This document shows positions 49,294-61,670 of a stretch of 64,000 nt of DNA, piece by piece; position 1 is the first letter of the stretch, and every line of letters starts with the position of its first letter. The position numbers were made by a program, and so were the translations under genes. Origin of the DNA: Planctomycetota bacterium. GTDB taxonomy: Bacteria; Planctomycetota; MHYJ01; JACQXL01; JACRIJ01. The notes below the pieces were generated by a model. It did not search any database and was not told where the DNA came from. It saw only the letters and a program-made list of their open reading frames with translations. The stretch is from NCBI GenBank assembly GCA_016220095.1, contig JACRIJ010000104.1, positions 1,763 through 65,762 on the forward strand. The letters run 5' to 3'.

Positions 49294-50421
49294 ATGTTAC
49301 TAAAAAATGACATTTTTCCAGAGCGGATTGACTTATCGACCCGGGCGGTAAATGCTTTGCATAAGGCAGGGTATAACTCGTTTTCAAAGTGTGCAAATAT
49401 CACGTTTGGAGAATTACTTGACACAAGAAATATCGGGATAAAGACTGCAAATGAAATTTTTAACACATTTGATTCTTTCAGAAAGAAATGCAATGAACAT
49501 CAGCTCCTGAAGATAACCTTACCCGGAAGTTTTTATGACAAAAGAAAACACAAGTATTTTATAAATCTATTAGCCATTCCCGTGTCAAAAATTAAATTAT
49601 CCGTAAGAGCGATGCGCGTTCTGAAAAAAACAAAAACACAAAGCATGCTTGAACTTGTGCAGAGTGACGCAGGTAAAATCCTGCAGATAAGAGGATGCGG
49701 CGTAAAAACCATCAGGGAGATTGGGGACTTCTTAAAGCATCTTGAATTACAGCCGGGCAAACGTCCCGATGACGGCCTCGTTCGGGATGTAAAAAAGCAT
49801 ATGGCTGAAAGAGAAGCAGGCGGAATATTGGAGGATTTCAGCAGAGATTATCCGGACAAATACGATTTATTGACTAAGGTTAAAGCCGTCAATTTCACGG
49901 TTTCGCGGATTAAGTTCTATAAGGATTGTTTCCGGGCGTATAAGGAGCTTGGCACGCTGGAGAGCGTGGGAAAACAGCGGGGTTTAACGCGGGAGCGCGT
50001 TCGCCAGATTCTGGAACAGGGAACGCGGTTAGGGCTATTTAACTATGCAAGAAAAGAACCCCTTTGTTTCAGTAAAAATAAAATAATCAAATCTTTTTCA
50101 AAACACCTGTCTATTTGCGGCGTTTCCAGAGCGAACGGTATTTCGGAGGCGCGGCTTAGAAGAATGCTGGCCTTTCATAAAATTACCGGGAAGGAATTGG
50201 CTGCCTTACGGTTAAGTGTAACGAGGAACAGATGCATGGAATTTTTCAGGAGAATTGTGGCGAAATCGGGACATTCTCCGTCTTCGTCCGAATTGCAGAA
50301 AAAGAAAAAAACGCGCAATCTTTATACGAGAATAACGGTGCTGTGGGGTTCTATGGATGCCTTCAGGAAGGAATTGCGCATTTCGAAACCTGCGTACCGG
50401 AGAATCCGGAAAAACTTGTGA
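49294..50421 (+). CDS. Protein with two RNAP alpha-CTD-like domains, a sigma-70 region-4-like HTH and a C-terminal helical domain
   Basis: LSTRAVNAL..RNIGIKTANEI; LSVRAMRVL..IRGCGVKTIREI; TLESVGKQRGLTRERVRQI. Confidence 0.78.
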   Translation: MLLKNDIFPERIDLSTRAVNALHKAGYNSFSKCANITFGELLDTRNIGIKTANEIFNTFDSFRKKCNEHQLLKITLPGSFYDKRKHKYFINLLAIPVSKIKLSVRAMRVLKKTKTQSMLELVQSDAGKILQIRGCGVKTIREIGDFLKHLELQPGKRPDDGLVRDVKKHMAEREAGGILEDFSRDYPDKYDLLTKVKAVNFTVSRIKFYKDCFRAYKELGTLESVGKQRGLTRERVRQILEQGTRLGLFNYARKEPLCFSKNKIIKSFSKHLSICGVSRANGISEARLRRMLAFHKITGKELAALRLSVTRNRCMEFFRRIVAKSGHSPSSSELQKKKKTRNLYTRITVLWGSMDAFRKELRISKPAYRRIRKNL

Positions 50422-50585
50422 TGCTGAAAATATTTGACAAAAGGCTTGGGATATGTTAATATAGCATCGGATAATGAATTTTATCCGGTTATATGTCGTC
50501 ATGTGCTCGGACGATAGTGAGCGAAAGCGAGCAGGATATAATGACGCGTATAACAGCGCAAAGTTTATTGAAAAAGGAGAACCAT

Positions 50586-51065
50586 ATGAAAATAAGCATA
50601 AATGAAGTTCTTGTTGGTAAAATAAATAAATCTAAATGGTGGCATGTAACTCCGGTGGCCCCTGATGCGTATAGTAAGCGAGGAATTTTTTTGGTATCGA
50701 CTTATCGTCAAGCAGAATTTTACGGAAGACCAAATGATATCCCAGATAAAGTATTTATAACAAATCCTGTTTATGGTTTTTCTGAAGAAGAAATTCTTTT
50801 AAAATTATTTCCAGGAAAGCCTAATAATCGATTTCTTCAAGCATACAAGAAGATGGTGAAAGAAGAGCAAAAGCCTCAGGCGCAGGATGAGTATAAGCAA
50901 GTGAAACAATGGTATCAAAAACGAATAAGTCTTGATGCGGCGATGTTTAAGAAAGCCAAATCCCTTAAGTATGATGCCATTGTTCTCATGACGAAAAATG
51001 GCAAAAAAGAACTGGAAAGAAACAGAAAACCAAACTCAATTGAACTTAATTTGCTGAATGTTTAA
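50586..51065 (+). CDS. Hypothetical protein, ADP-ribosyltransferase-like (ART-PolyVal pattern)
   Basis: WWHVT...GIFLVSTYRQAEFYG...VFITNP...KYDAIVL...E; AAGGAG SD. Confidence 0.55.
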   Translation: MKISINEVLVGKINKSKWWHVTPVAPDAYSKRGIFLVSTYRQAEFYGRPNDIPDKVFITNPVYGFSEEEILLKLFPGKPNNRFLQAYKKMVKEEQKPQAQDEYKQVKQWYQKRISLDAAMFKKAKSLKYDAIVLMTKNGKKELERNRKPNSIELNLLNV

Positions 51066-51082
51066 AGTTTTCCGGAGAGCAG

Positions 51083-52012
51083 ATGGTTAATACAGATAAG
51101 CAAGCTCGACCATTTCTAAAATGGGCTGGAGGTAAGAGACAGCTTCTTAGGCAGTTTCAAAACTATTTCCCTCCAGAGCTAAACGGGCAAGGGATTATAA
51201 AACGTTATTACGAACCATTTTTAGGAAGCGGAGCTGTTTTCTTCTGGGTAAAGCAGAATTGTAAACTTGAAGAAGCGTTTATTAATGAATTGAATCCTGA
51301 AATATATCTGTGCTATGCGGTAATTCAGCGCGGTGTTGAAAAACTAATTAAATCATTAATAGTTTTACAAAAAAAATATCATACATTAGATGAAACTGTC
51401 CAGGTAAAATGGTATTACAAAATCAGGCGAAAATACAACGAGACGCGAAAAGATGTAAATCTTAAGAAGATAGACTGGAAGTATTACAGCGAACGAGCGG
51501 CACTTACCATTTTTCTGAATCGTACTTGTTTTAATGGATTATACCGAGTTAACTCCAGTGGTGATTTCAATGTCCCGTTTGGCAGATACAGGAACCCGGT
51601 TATTTGCGATGTTGACAACTTAAGAGCGGTAAGCAGTCTTTTAAAAGGCGTAGAAATAACAAATGACGATTTTTCCGTAATTGAACGGCAGATTAAAAAA
51701 CATTCTTTTGTCTATTTTGATCCTCCATACAGGCCATTGAATAAAACTTCAAATTTTACTTCATATTCAGCAAATGAATTCAGCGATAAAGAACAGGAGC
51801 GATTGGCGGATGTTTTTAAAAAGTTAAATAAGATTGATAGCGTAAAAATCATGCTAAGCAACTCCGACCCTAAGAATGAAAACAAAGAAGACAATTACTT
51901 TGAGCATCTGTACGACGGTTTCAGGATTGAACGCTTAAAAGCTAAGCGAATGATTAATTGCAATGCCTTAAAACGAGGCAAGATCAATGAAATCCTGGTT
52001 ATGAATTATTGA
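51083..52012 (+). CDS. Dam/DpnM-type N6-adenine DNA methyltransferase
   Basis: PFLKWAGGK, EPFLGSGA, FNGLYRVN, YFDPPY. Confidence 0.93.
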   Translation: MVNTDKQARPFLKWAGGKRQLLRQFQNYFPPELNGQGIIKRYYEPFLGSGAVFFWVKQNCKLEEAFINELNPEIYLCYAVIQRGVEKLIKSLIVLQKKYHTLDETVQVKWYYKIRRKYNETRKDVNLKKIDWKYYSERAALTIFLNRTCFNGLYRVNSSGDFNVPFGRYRNPVICDVDNLRAVSSLLKGVEITNDDFSVIERQIKKHSFVYFDPPYRPLNKTSNFTSYSANEFSDKEQERLADVFKKLNKIDSVKIMLSNSDPKNENKEDNYFEHLYDGFRIERLKAKRMINCNALKRGKINEILVMNY

Positions 52013-52044
52013 TTTAATAGAAAGTTATAGGTTTAAAAACATAT

Positions 52045-52587
52045 ATGAAAAATGGCGGTTTGGGCGGTGCAAATACTTTAACAGGATTAAATTTTGAAAA
52101 AAAGGTGGATTTTCAAAAACTTTTAGGAAAAATACCAGGTTATGAGATTAGAAAGATTTCAGGCCGGGCCGGAATGGAAGTTTTTTTTGAAAACGACCTG
52201 GTTGCGATGTGTTTTAGGAAGCATGATTTTTATAAGTTTCTATCGGAGTCTGGTATTTACTGGAAAAGCTTAATTTCAAAAAAACTTTTACCCGATGATG
52301 CCTTATTGGTGATTGTTCGCGAGACTTTATTTATCATTGAAGTCAAATATCAGCAAGTAGCGGGCTCTGTTGATGAGAAACTGCAAACATGTGATTTTAA
52401 GCGAAAACAATATTTAAAATTAGTCTCTTCGCTTAACCTGAAAGTAGAATATGTTTATGTGCTTAATGACTGGTTTAATAAGCCGGAATATAAAGATGTT
52501 TTAGATTATATACATAGCGTAAATTGTCATTATAGATTTAACGAACTTCCACTGTCCTGGCTCGGGTTGCCGGTTAAAAAAGTATAG
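52045..52587 (+). CDS. PD-(D/E)XK nuclease, putative type II restriction endonuclease
   Basis: GLNFE...LLPDDAL...IIEVKYQ..GSVDEKLQT; lies between two MTases. Confidence 0.75.
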   Translation: MKNGGLGGANTLTGLNFEKKVDFQKLLGKIPGYEIRKISGRAGMEVFFENDLVAMCFRKHDFYKFLSESGIYWKSLISKKLLPDDALLVIVRETLFIIEVKYQQVAGSVDEKLQTCDFKRKQYLKLVSSLNLKVEYVYVLNDWFNKPEYKDVLDYIHSVNCHYRFNELPLSWLGLPVKKV

Positions 52588-52618
52588 TTAAACCGATATT
52601 TTGTAAGGGAATTATTTA

Positions 52619-53437
52619 ATGAAGGACGAGTGTATTAGCAAAGATGCAGATATTCAGACAACAACGGTGTGGTCGTTTCCTAAGCGCGGCAATTGGGCTA
52701 CGCACAACCCTACCTATCGGGGCAATTGGGCTCCTCAAATTCCGCGTAATCTTATACTTAAGTATAGCAAGGAAAGCGATTTAATTTTAGACCCGATGAC
52801 AGGGGGCGGGACGACTCTAATTGAAGCAAAATTATTAAACAGAAATGCCATAGGCATAGATATCAATCCTAAGTCCATGGGCTTTGCCGAAGAAGTACTT
52901 AAGTTTGATGTTGATAACAAATCTAAACAGGAATGTTATATCGGAGATGCAAGAAACCTTAAGAAGATAACTGATAATTCAATTGACCTTATTGCCACTC
53001 ACCCCCCATATTTAAACATAATTAAGTATTCAGAGCATGAAATTGCAGGCGATTTTTCCAACATTGGGAGTTTAACTAAGTTTCTTGTAGAATTTGAACC
53101 GGCAGTGAAAGAGTTCTATAGGGTTTTGAAACCAGATCGCTACTGTGCGATTCTGATCGGAGATACAAGAAGGCGGAGGCATTACGTACCGTTAGCGTTT
53201 AATGTGATGAACTTGTTTTTAAAGAATGGGTTTATTCTTAAAGAAGACATAATTAAAGTTCAGCATAATTGTCAGGCAACGCCAAGATGGAGCTCCGCTG
53301 TCAATAAATATGATTTCTACTTAATTATGCATGAACACTTGTTTGTTTTCAGAAAACCCAAAGACAAGGAAGACTTTACTTTATACAGGGAAAGCATGTC
53401 AGAGGTTTGCTATGGCAAAGAAAAAAGCAAAGGTTAA
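52619..53437 (+). CDS. N4/N6 DNA methyltransferase (second MTase)
   Basis: YRGNWAPQIPR, LDPMTGGGTT, ATHPPY. Confidence 0.88.
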   Translation: MKDECISKDADIQTTTVWSFPKRGNWATHNPTYRGNWAPQIPRNLILKYSKESDLILDPMTGGGTTLIEAKLLNRNAIGIDINPKSMGFAEEVLKFDVDNKSKQECYIGDARNLKKITDNSIDLIATHPPYLNIIKYSEHEIAGDFSNIGSLTKFLVEFEPAVKEFYRVLKPDRYCAILIGDTRRRRHYVPLAFNVMNLFLKNGFILKEDIIKVQHNCQATPRWSSAVNKYDFYLIMHEHLFVFRKPKDKEDFTLYRESMSEVCYGKEKSKG

Positions 53438-54011
53438 TATTTATAAGCATTCAGTTGATTTAGCAAGTTTGAAAATAAAAAATCAACCTAACATAGAATT
53501 CTGCAAGGCTTTAGAGGCAATTAAATACAAGGGCTATAAAGTAGAAGATATTTCAGACGGAAGAAACATCGTTATAACCAAGCCTGGCGGGAAATATTCT
53601 TACGGTACGATTAAAAGAGAAGATTTTATGGTTTGGATTTATAACGAGAAGGACGAATCTCTTTGGTTGATTTCCCATCAAAACATACTTGATGATTTAA
53701 AAGAAAAAGCCAATAGCGATCCCAGGGGAACTCTTAAGATTATAGATGGTTTAATGAGGGTTTATAATGGAGAGGAACCGGATGACATTCTAAAGAAAGG
53801 TGATTTTAAGAATCCTATAGGAGAGATTCCGGAAGCAATTTTTAAGGCTTATAAATGGATTTGGGGACAAGAAGACTGTAATTACCTCCAACCTAAATAT
53901 AAAGGCAGGGCTATGTCTTGGGAAGGATGGGAGAAAGTTGACAGTAAATTGGAAAAGTCAGGAGACGGCATAGCTGATTTAAGAGAAAAGCTAAAAGAAC
54001 AAACATTTTAA
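53412..54011 (+). CDS. Hypothetical R-M-associated protein
   Basis: Overlaps the MTase end; KPGGK..DF, SHQNILDDL, KWIWGQEDCNY..GRAM; AT-rich. Confidence 0.65.
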   Translation: MAKKKAKVNIYKHSVDLASLKIKNQPNIEFCKALEAIKYKGYKVEDISDGRNIVITKPGGKYSYGTIKREDFMVWIYNEKDESLWLISHQNILDDLKEKANSDPRGTLKIIDGLMRVYNGEEPDDILKKGDFKNPIGEIPEAIFKAYKWIWGQEDCNYLQPKYKGRAMSWEGWEKVDSKLEKSGDGIADLREKLKEQTF

Positions 54012-54065
54012 TTTATTGTTGTTATAATAGAGTTTTACTGAAAACACAGGAAACAAAATGCTGTG

Positions 54066-55178
54066 ATGAGAATAATTTTTGGAATTTTCCTGTTAATATA
54101 CTCCGCGATGCACTATTACGTGTACAGCCGCGTGGCTGGCGGGCTTGACATGTCTCCTGTCGCGCGGAGCTGGCTGAAAAACTGCCTCATCGCCGCCGCG
54201 CTGTCATTCGTGCTCGCCGAGACTATCTGCCGGAATACGGCTTCACTGTGGTTCAAACCCGTATATTATTTCGGCGTATGCTGGTTCGGCGCTCTCGCTG
54301 TCGCCGTTGTCGTTTTTCTTACGGCACATATCATCGGTATGGCATTGCGGTCCGATTTCTGCAGGTATTGGCTCACAATTTGCGCTATTGCCGCAATATT
54401 CATTATATCCGCTTATTCCATAATAAACGTTGCCCGCGGGCCTGTTATCAAGAGCATGACAATCAAATACAAAAAACTGCCCGCAGAACTTTCAGGTCTG
54501 TCCATAGTCCAACTTTCGGATCTGCACCTGAATCTGATGAAATCTGAAAAGTGGCTTAACGATATAGTTGATACGGCAAACAGCCAAAATCCCGACATAA
54601 TAGTTTTTACAGGCGATCTGATGGATACGGATTTGTCTGAAACGAAACGCTTTTACAGCGGACTGAAACGTTTAAAGGCGAAAAACGGCGTATTCGCGGT
54701 TTCGGGCAATCATGATTTCTATGCGGGCCTGGAGGGTTTCCAGCGCGTTGCAAGCGATACCGGGATGACTGTTTTGCGGAATAAAAAAACAACGGCAATC
54801 AGCGGCCTGATGGACATCTGCGGCATAGACGACAATGCCGGCGGAGAAATACGGAAAGGCAAGGCCGGACTGCTGTCCAAATTGGATCTGCCGGCAGGCC
54901 TGGACAAGGATAAGTTTACCGTATTGCTTTCTCACAGGCCGGACGTGTTTATTGAGGCGGTAAAAAGCGGGATTGACCTGCAGTTATCCGGACATACCCA
55001 CGCGGGCCAGATACCGCCTATGGATTTGATAATTCAATTCTATTATAAATATCCGTACGGTTTATACCGGGACGGGGGATCATTTCTCTACACCACCTGC
55101 GGAACGGACATCTGGGGGCCGCCTATGCGGCTGTTCTCAAGGTCGGAAATCGTGAAGATAGTACTGGAAAAAGAATGA
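54066..55178 (+). CDS. Membrane-bound metallophosphoesterase (YkuE-like)
   Basis: SDLH, TGDLMD, SGNHD, SGHTHAGQ. Confidence 0.9.
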   Translation: MRIIFGIFLLIYSAMHYYVYSRVAGGLDMSPVARSWLKNCLIAAALSFVLAETICRNTASLWFKPVYYFGVCWFGALAVAVVVFLTAHIIGMALRSDFCRYWLTICAIAAIFIISAYSIINVARGPVIKSMTIKYKKLPAELSGLSIVQLSDLHLNLMKSEKWLNDIVDTANSQNPDIIVFTGDLMDTDLSETKRFYSGLKRLKAKNGVFAVSGNHDFYAGLEGFQRVASDTGMTVLRNKKTTAISGLMDICGIDDNAGGEIRKGKAGLLSKLDLPAGLDKDKFTVLLSHRPDVFIEAVKSGIDLQLSGHTHAGQIPPMDLIIQFYYKYPYGLYRDGGSFLYTTCGTDIWGPPMRLFSRSEIVKIVLEKE

Positions 55179-55291
55179 CAGTAAGCAGTAACTCAGCAAT
55201 AACTAAAAAACTTAATGATAACAACAATTAAAACAACATAGCCCTTCGCATAGCTCATGATAAACCGCAACCAAAAAGATGCTTGCTTTAT

Positions 55292-55420
55292 GAAATTCTA
55301 AGCACTAAACACGAAATCCTAAATCTAAATTTCCCAAACCCGGCGAACGACCGTTTTTTGGTTATTTAAACATTAGAATTTTGAGATTGTTTAGAGTTTC
55401 GGATTTAGTGCTTAGAGTTT
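55292..55420. repeat. Inverted pair of 7-nt arrays between convergent genes
   Basis: gaaattctaagcactaaacacgaaa ... tttcggatttagtgcttagagttt. Confidence 0.7.
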
Positions 55421-55463
55421 TATTTGTAAAGAGTCGAATCTTCTCTGCTTTTTGCGTAGTAAT

Positions 55464-58043
55464 TTATTGTTTGGTATTTTCCGGACTTGAATTATCTGTT
55501 GCTTCCGGCGTCTCCGGTGTCACGGTGGTATCGTTGCTGTCATCTGGTTGTTCAATGGCGTTTGCTTCCTCGGTCGGCGCGGCGCTTGTCTTTTCATCGT
55601 CTTCTTCGTGTTCCACGATGGCGATTGAAACCACTTTATCATCAGCGCTGAGGGAAATAATCCTTACGCCCTGCGTATTTCTGCTCTGCGATCGGACGCT
55701 TTTTACCGGAGTTCTCACGACCATGCCCTGCTGAGTAATGACCATTACGTCGTCTTTGTCGGACACAGGCTTCATTCCCACGACGATGCCGTTTCTTTCC
55801 GTGGTCTTAATGTTGATAATGCCCTTGCCGCCGCGGCCCTGCAGGCGGTATTCGTCAAACGCAGTCCTTTTTCCGAATCCGTTTCGGCATACGGTCAATA
55901 GCGTAGGCTCTTCATCCACTATTGCCAGGTCTTTGACCTTGTCCCCTTCTCGCAGTCTTATGCCGCATACGCCGCGGGAAGTCCTGCCGATAGAGCGCGC
56001 CTTTTCCTCGGGAAATCTTATTGAAAGTCCTTTTTCCGTGCCGAGCAAAATATGGTTTTCTCCGGAGGTGAGTTTTACGCCGATAAGCTTATCGCCGTCA
56101 TCAAGAGTCAACGCGATAATGCCGGCTTTACGCGGGTTGCCGTATTCCTGCAGGAGCGTTTTCTTTATGATGCCTTTTTCCGTGGCCATGACGATGTAGC
56201 CGGAAGAAAAATCCCTGACCGGTATGGCGGCAGTGGTCTGCTCGCCTTCAGAGAGGCTTAGGATGTTGACGATGGCCCGGCCTTTTGAACCGCGCGAGAG
56301 TTCCGGCAGGTCGTAAACCTTCTGCCAATAGACCTTTCCGAGGTCTGTGAAAAACAATATGTAATCATGCGTTGACGCCACAAATATATGTTCTATAAAA
56401 TCGCCTTCTTTGGTGTCAATTGCCGAAACGCCTTTGCCGCCGCGGTTTTGCTTGCGGTACGAATCTATATGCATGCGTTTGATATAACCCGCGTGCGTCA
56501 TTATTACGGCCATATCTTCATCGGCAATCAGGTCTTCTCTCAACATGCTTCCTATTTCGGCGCCGGCTATTTCCGTTCTGCGTTTGTCCGCGTATTTTTC
56601 CTTTATTTCATAAATGTCTTCCCTGATGATGTCCAGCACCATCTGGTCGTCCGCAAGGATGGCCTTGTAATCACGTATTTTTTCCTTGAGTTCGGCCAGT
56701 TGTTTCTGGAGTTTTTCGGTTTCCAGGCCGGTTAGTTTGGACAACTGCATCCTCAGGATGGCCTGCGCCTGTATGGGAGTGAGTTTGAATTTGCTTACGA
56801 GGTTTGCTTCCGCGATTTCCACGGTCTGGGATTTTTTTATGGTTTCAATGACTTCGTCAATATTGCGCAGAGCTATCAGGAGCCCTTCCAATATATGCGC
56901 CTCCGCTTCAGCCTTGTCAAGCAGGAACTTAGTGCGCCTTTTGATGACCTCCATGCGGTGGTCAATGTAAAGTTTTAATATCTGTTTCAGCGGGAGCGTC
57001 TGCGGCCTGTTGTTGACCAGGGCAATCATTATAATGCTGAATGAATCCTGCAGAGACGTCTGTTTGTACAGCTGGTTTATGACGACCTGTTCTTCCTCGC
57101 CTTTTTTTACTTCTATTACCACGCGGATGCCGTCTTTGTCGCTTTCATCGCGGATATCTGAAATGCCTTTAATGCGGTCTTCCTTGACAAGTTCGGCAAT
57201 AGTTTCAATTATTTTGGCCTTGTTCTGGTTGTACGGGATTTCCGTGACGACGATGTTTATCCTGCCGCCTTTGACTTCTTCGGTGTGGAGTTTGGCGCGG
57301 ACGGTGACTATGCCTCTGCCGGTTTCATAGGCGTCTTTCATGCCTTTCATGCCGTAAACGAGGCCGCCGGTCGGGAAATCCGGCCCTTTGATTATTTTCA
57401 GCAATTCCGCTGTTGTAATATCCGGCTTATCAATGATTTTTATTATAGCGTCGCATACTTCGCCGAGGTTATGCGGAGGAATGCTGGTTGCCATGCCGAC
57501 TGCGATGCCCGTGGCGCCGTTGCAGATAAGGTTGGGGAATTTGCCCGGAAGCACCGTTGGTTCTTCGCGGGTTTCGTCGTAATTGGGCGTGAAGTTGACG
57601 GTATTCTTGTCAATATCTTCCATCAGTAGCGTGGAAAATTCCGTCATGCGCGCCTCAGTGTAACGCATGGCCGCCGGCGGGTCGCCGTCTAAGGAACCGA
57701 AATTGCCCTGGCCGTCCACAAGCTGATAACGGCATGAAAATTCCTGCGCCATCCTTACAAGCGTGGGATAGACTACCTGGTCACCGTGTGGATGGTAATT
57801 GCCCGTGGTGTCGCCGCATATCTTGGCGCATTTTCTGTATTTGGCGTGGGGTCCAAGGTTGAGGTCGTGCATTGCCACGAGTATCCTGCGCTGGGAAGGT
57901 TTTAGCCCGTCTCTTATGTCGGGCAGTGCGCGGGAAACTATTACGCTCATCGCGTAATTGAGATATGAGTCCTTCATTTCGTCCTCAATGAGGACGTCGC
58001 GGACGCTTTCAGCTATGGGTATATCAAGTTTTTTATCCGGCAT
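55464..58043 (-). CDS. gyrA: DNA gyrase subunit A
   Basis: [20 protein letters not shown], GyrA-box QNRGGKG, acidic tail. Confidence 0.97.
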   Translation of the reverse strand: MPDKKLDIPIAESVRDVLIEDEMKDSYLNYAMSVIVSRALPDIRDGLKPSQRRILVAMHDLNLGPHAKYRKCAKICGDTTGNYHPHGDQVVYPTLVRMAQEFSCRYQLVDGQGNFGSLDGDPPAAMRYTEARMTEFSTLLMEDIDKNTVNFTPNYDETREEPTVLPGKFPNLICNGATGIAVGMATSIPPHNLGEVCDAIIKIIDKPDITTAELLKIIKGPDFPTGGLVYGMKGMKDAYETGRGIVTVRAKLHTEEVKGGRINIVVTEIPYNQNKAKIIETIAELVKEDRIKGISDIRDESDKDGIRVVIEVKKGEEEQVVINQLYKQTSLQDSFSIIMIALVNNRPQTLPLKQILKLYIDHRMEVIKRRTKFLLDKAEAEAHILEGLLIALRNIDEVIETIKKSQTVEIAEANLVSKFKLTPIQAQAILRMQLSKLTGLETEKLQKQLAELKEKIRDYKAILADDQMVLDIIREDIYEIKEKYADKRRTEIAGAEIGSMLREDLIADEDMAVIMTHAGYIKRMHIDSYRKQNRGGKGVSAIDTKEGDFIEHIFVASTHDYILFFTDLGKVYWQKVYDLPELSRGSKGRAIVNILSLSEGEQTTAAIPVRDFSSGYIVMATEKGIIKKTLLQEYGNPRKAGIIALTLDDGDKLIGVKLTSGENHILLGTEKGLSIRFPEEKARSIGRTSRGVCGIRLREGDKVKDLAIVDEEPTLLTVCRNGFGKRTAFDEYRLQGRGGKGIINIKTTERNGIVVGMKPVSDKDDVMVITQQGMVVRTPVKSVRSQSRNTQGVRIISLSADDKVVSIAIVEHEEDDEKTSAAPTEEANAIEQPDDSNDTTVTPETPEATDNSSPENTKQ

Positions 58044-58204
58044 TGTTATAAGCTAAAAAATGCTGTTAAGGCGTTGAAATACAGGTAAAATAAGGGTAAA
58101 ATTCGCGCCCCTGCAATGCGAAATACGCGCAGGAATAATCGTATTATTCTACCAAAATGCCGCATAAAAGCAAGAAAAAAGGATGAAAAAAGTATAAACA
58201 AATA

Positions 58205-58233
58205 TTGCCTTTCGGCATGTTTGATAGTATAAT
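58205..58233 (+). promoter_or_regulatory. Sigma-70 promoter, leaderless
   Basis: TTGCCT-N17-TATAAT; ATG 6 nt downstream. Confidence 0.65.
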
Positions 58234-58239
58234 TTCACC

Positions 58240-59418
58240 ATGAGCAATCCGTTAAAGGAATACGTTTCCGCTGTTATTTCAGGGCGGTTTCGGCAGTTCG
58301 GTTGCGACCCGGGGGATGGACCGGGTTTGAAAAACATAAACAAGCCGGAACTCATAGAATTCATTATCGCCGAAGGGCTTGCGCCGGTCATATATGATTT
58401 GTGCGGGCATGGAGATCCCTTGTCTTTGTTTGGCAAATGCCTTCATCAGGCGTACTTGCAAACCGCGATGCGCAATACCCTTTTGTTTTCTGAGTTCGCG
58501 AAAATAGCGGAACAGGCAAAATTTCCTGTCATGCCGCTCAAGGGTGCATTCCTGACAATGAAGGTGTATGGCAATCCTAACCTGCGGCCCATGCAGGATA
58601 TTGATGTACTTGTGAAAAAACAGGACGTTACGGCAATGGAAACGCTTCTGCGGGAACGCGGATACGGGCGGCTGGAGGCATGCGTGCAGGATGAAAAATG
58701 CAAAATGAAGAATGAAGAACGGACGCGGTTTCCGGGCATCGGGCTTATAAATGAACAAACACGCAGTCCCGCGTATTCAATCAATTCAATCTACCTGCGC
58801 AAGTACATTGACGGCAATAAATACCTGTTCTCGGACGTACATGTGCACTGGCATTGGATTAACGCGTCATATTATTTGAATTTTGAAAAAATAGATATTG
58901 ACGAAATATGGAAAACTGCGCGTGAGATTGAGTGGCAGAATGGAACGAAAGCCTATGCGGTGCCGGACGAACTATTGCTTCTGCATCTGGCCGAACATAA
59001 TCTCAAACACAATTTCCGCAAGATGGTTAAATTGCTTGACGTGGCGATGGTATTGAAGAAATGCAGTATGGATTGGGATAGGGTGGAACGATATGCGCGT
59101 CAATTCAATCTCATCAAGCCGTTGCTATATACGTTGATTTTTACGGAAGACGCGTTTCCGGGCGCAGTGCCAGCGGGAATTATCCGGCGTTTTGATTGCG
59201 GGCCGCGGACGCATTTGGAATTACGGTTTGAAAGGATGATAAAAAGCGGCGTGCGTAAGACGGGGATGAATTGGCTGGTGTATCAGAGCATGTGCGGGGG
59301 CGGTTATGGACGTCTGAAAACGGCCGTTCGCCTTGCCGCGTCGCTGTTCTGCCGCAAAGGCGGATTGGGCCGCTTGGCCGGGGCCGTGGATATATTTCCT
59401 ATGAGGGTTCTTTCCTGA
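58240..59418 (+). CDS. Uncharacterised nucleotidyltransferase (NTP_transf_5-like)
   Basis: PLKGAFL...LRPMQDIDVLV, DVHVHW, LLLHLAEH. Confidence 0.82.
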   Translation: MSNPLKEYVSAVISGRFRQFGCDPGDGPGLKNINKPELIEFIIAEGLAPVIYDLCGHGDPLSLFGKCLHQAYLQTAMRNTLLFSEFAKIAEQAKFPVMPLKGAFLTMKVYGNPNLRPMQDIDVLVKKQDVTAMETLLRERGYGRLEACVQDEKCKMKNEERTRFPGIGLINEQTRSPAYSINSIYLRKYIDGNKYLFSDVHVHWHWINASYYLNFEKIDIDEIWKTAREIEWQNGTKAYAVPDELLLLHLAEHNLKHNFRKMVKLLDVAMVLKKCSMDWDRVERYARQFNLIKPLLYTLIFTEDAFPGAVPAGIIRRFDCGPRTHLELRFERMIKSGVRKTGMNWLVYQSMCGGGYGRLKTAVRLAASLFCRKGGLGRLAGAVDIFPMRVLS

Positions 59419-59593
59419 GCAAATAAAACATAAACCAGACAGGTATGCAGAGAAGCAATAGTAACAGCGTTAGAATTGCTATTGCCATCCAATTAGGCAT
59501 TTTGCCGATAAAGTCAAATTTCGCAAAAAGCGTAGAACTTATTGCCATCCATGCGGCGAAAATACTTGAATACCCAAACCGCGGATGATATAA

Positions 59594-61618
<2,025 letters not shown>

Positions 61619-61670
61619 ATTTAAAATTTCAGATTCAAGAATTAAGGTTTTTGTTGAAAGTCTGGTACTT

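Noticed and set aside
49294-50421. rpoA or a true sigma factor
   Set aside because: Lacks the alpha N-terminal domain and sigma region 2
53412-54011. PabI-type restriction glycosylase
   Set aside because: Motifs do not match what I recall of that family; left as hypothetical
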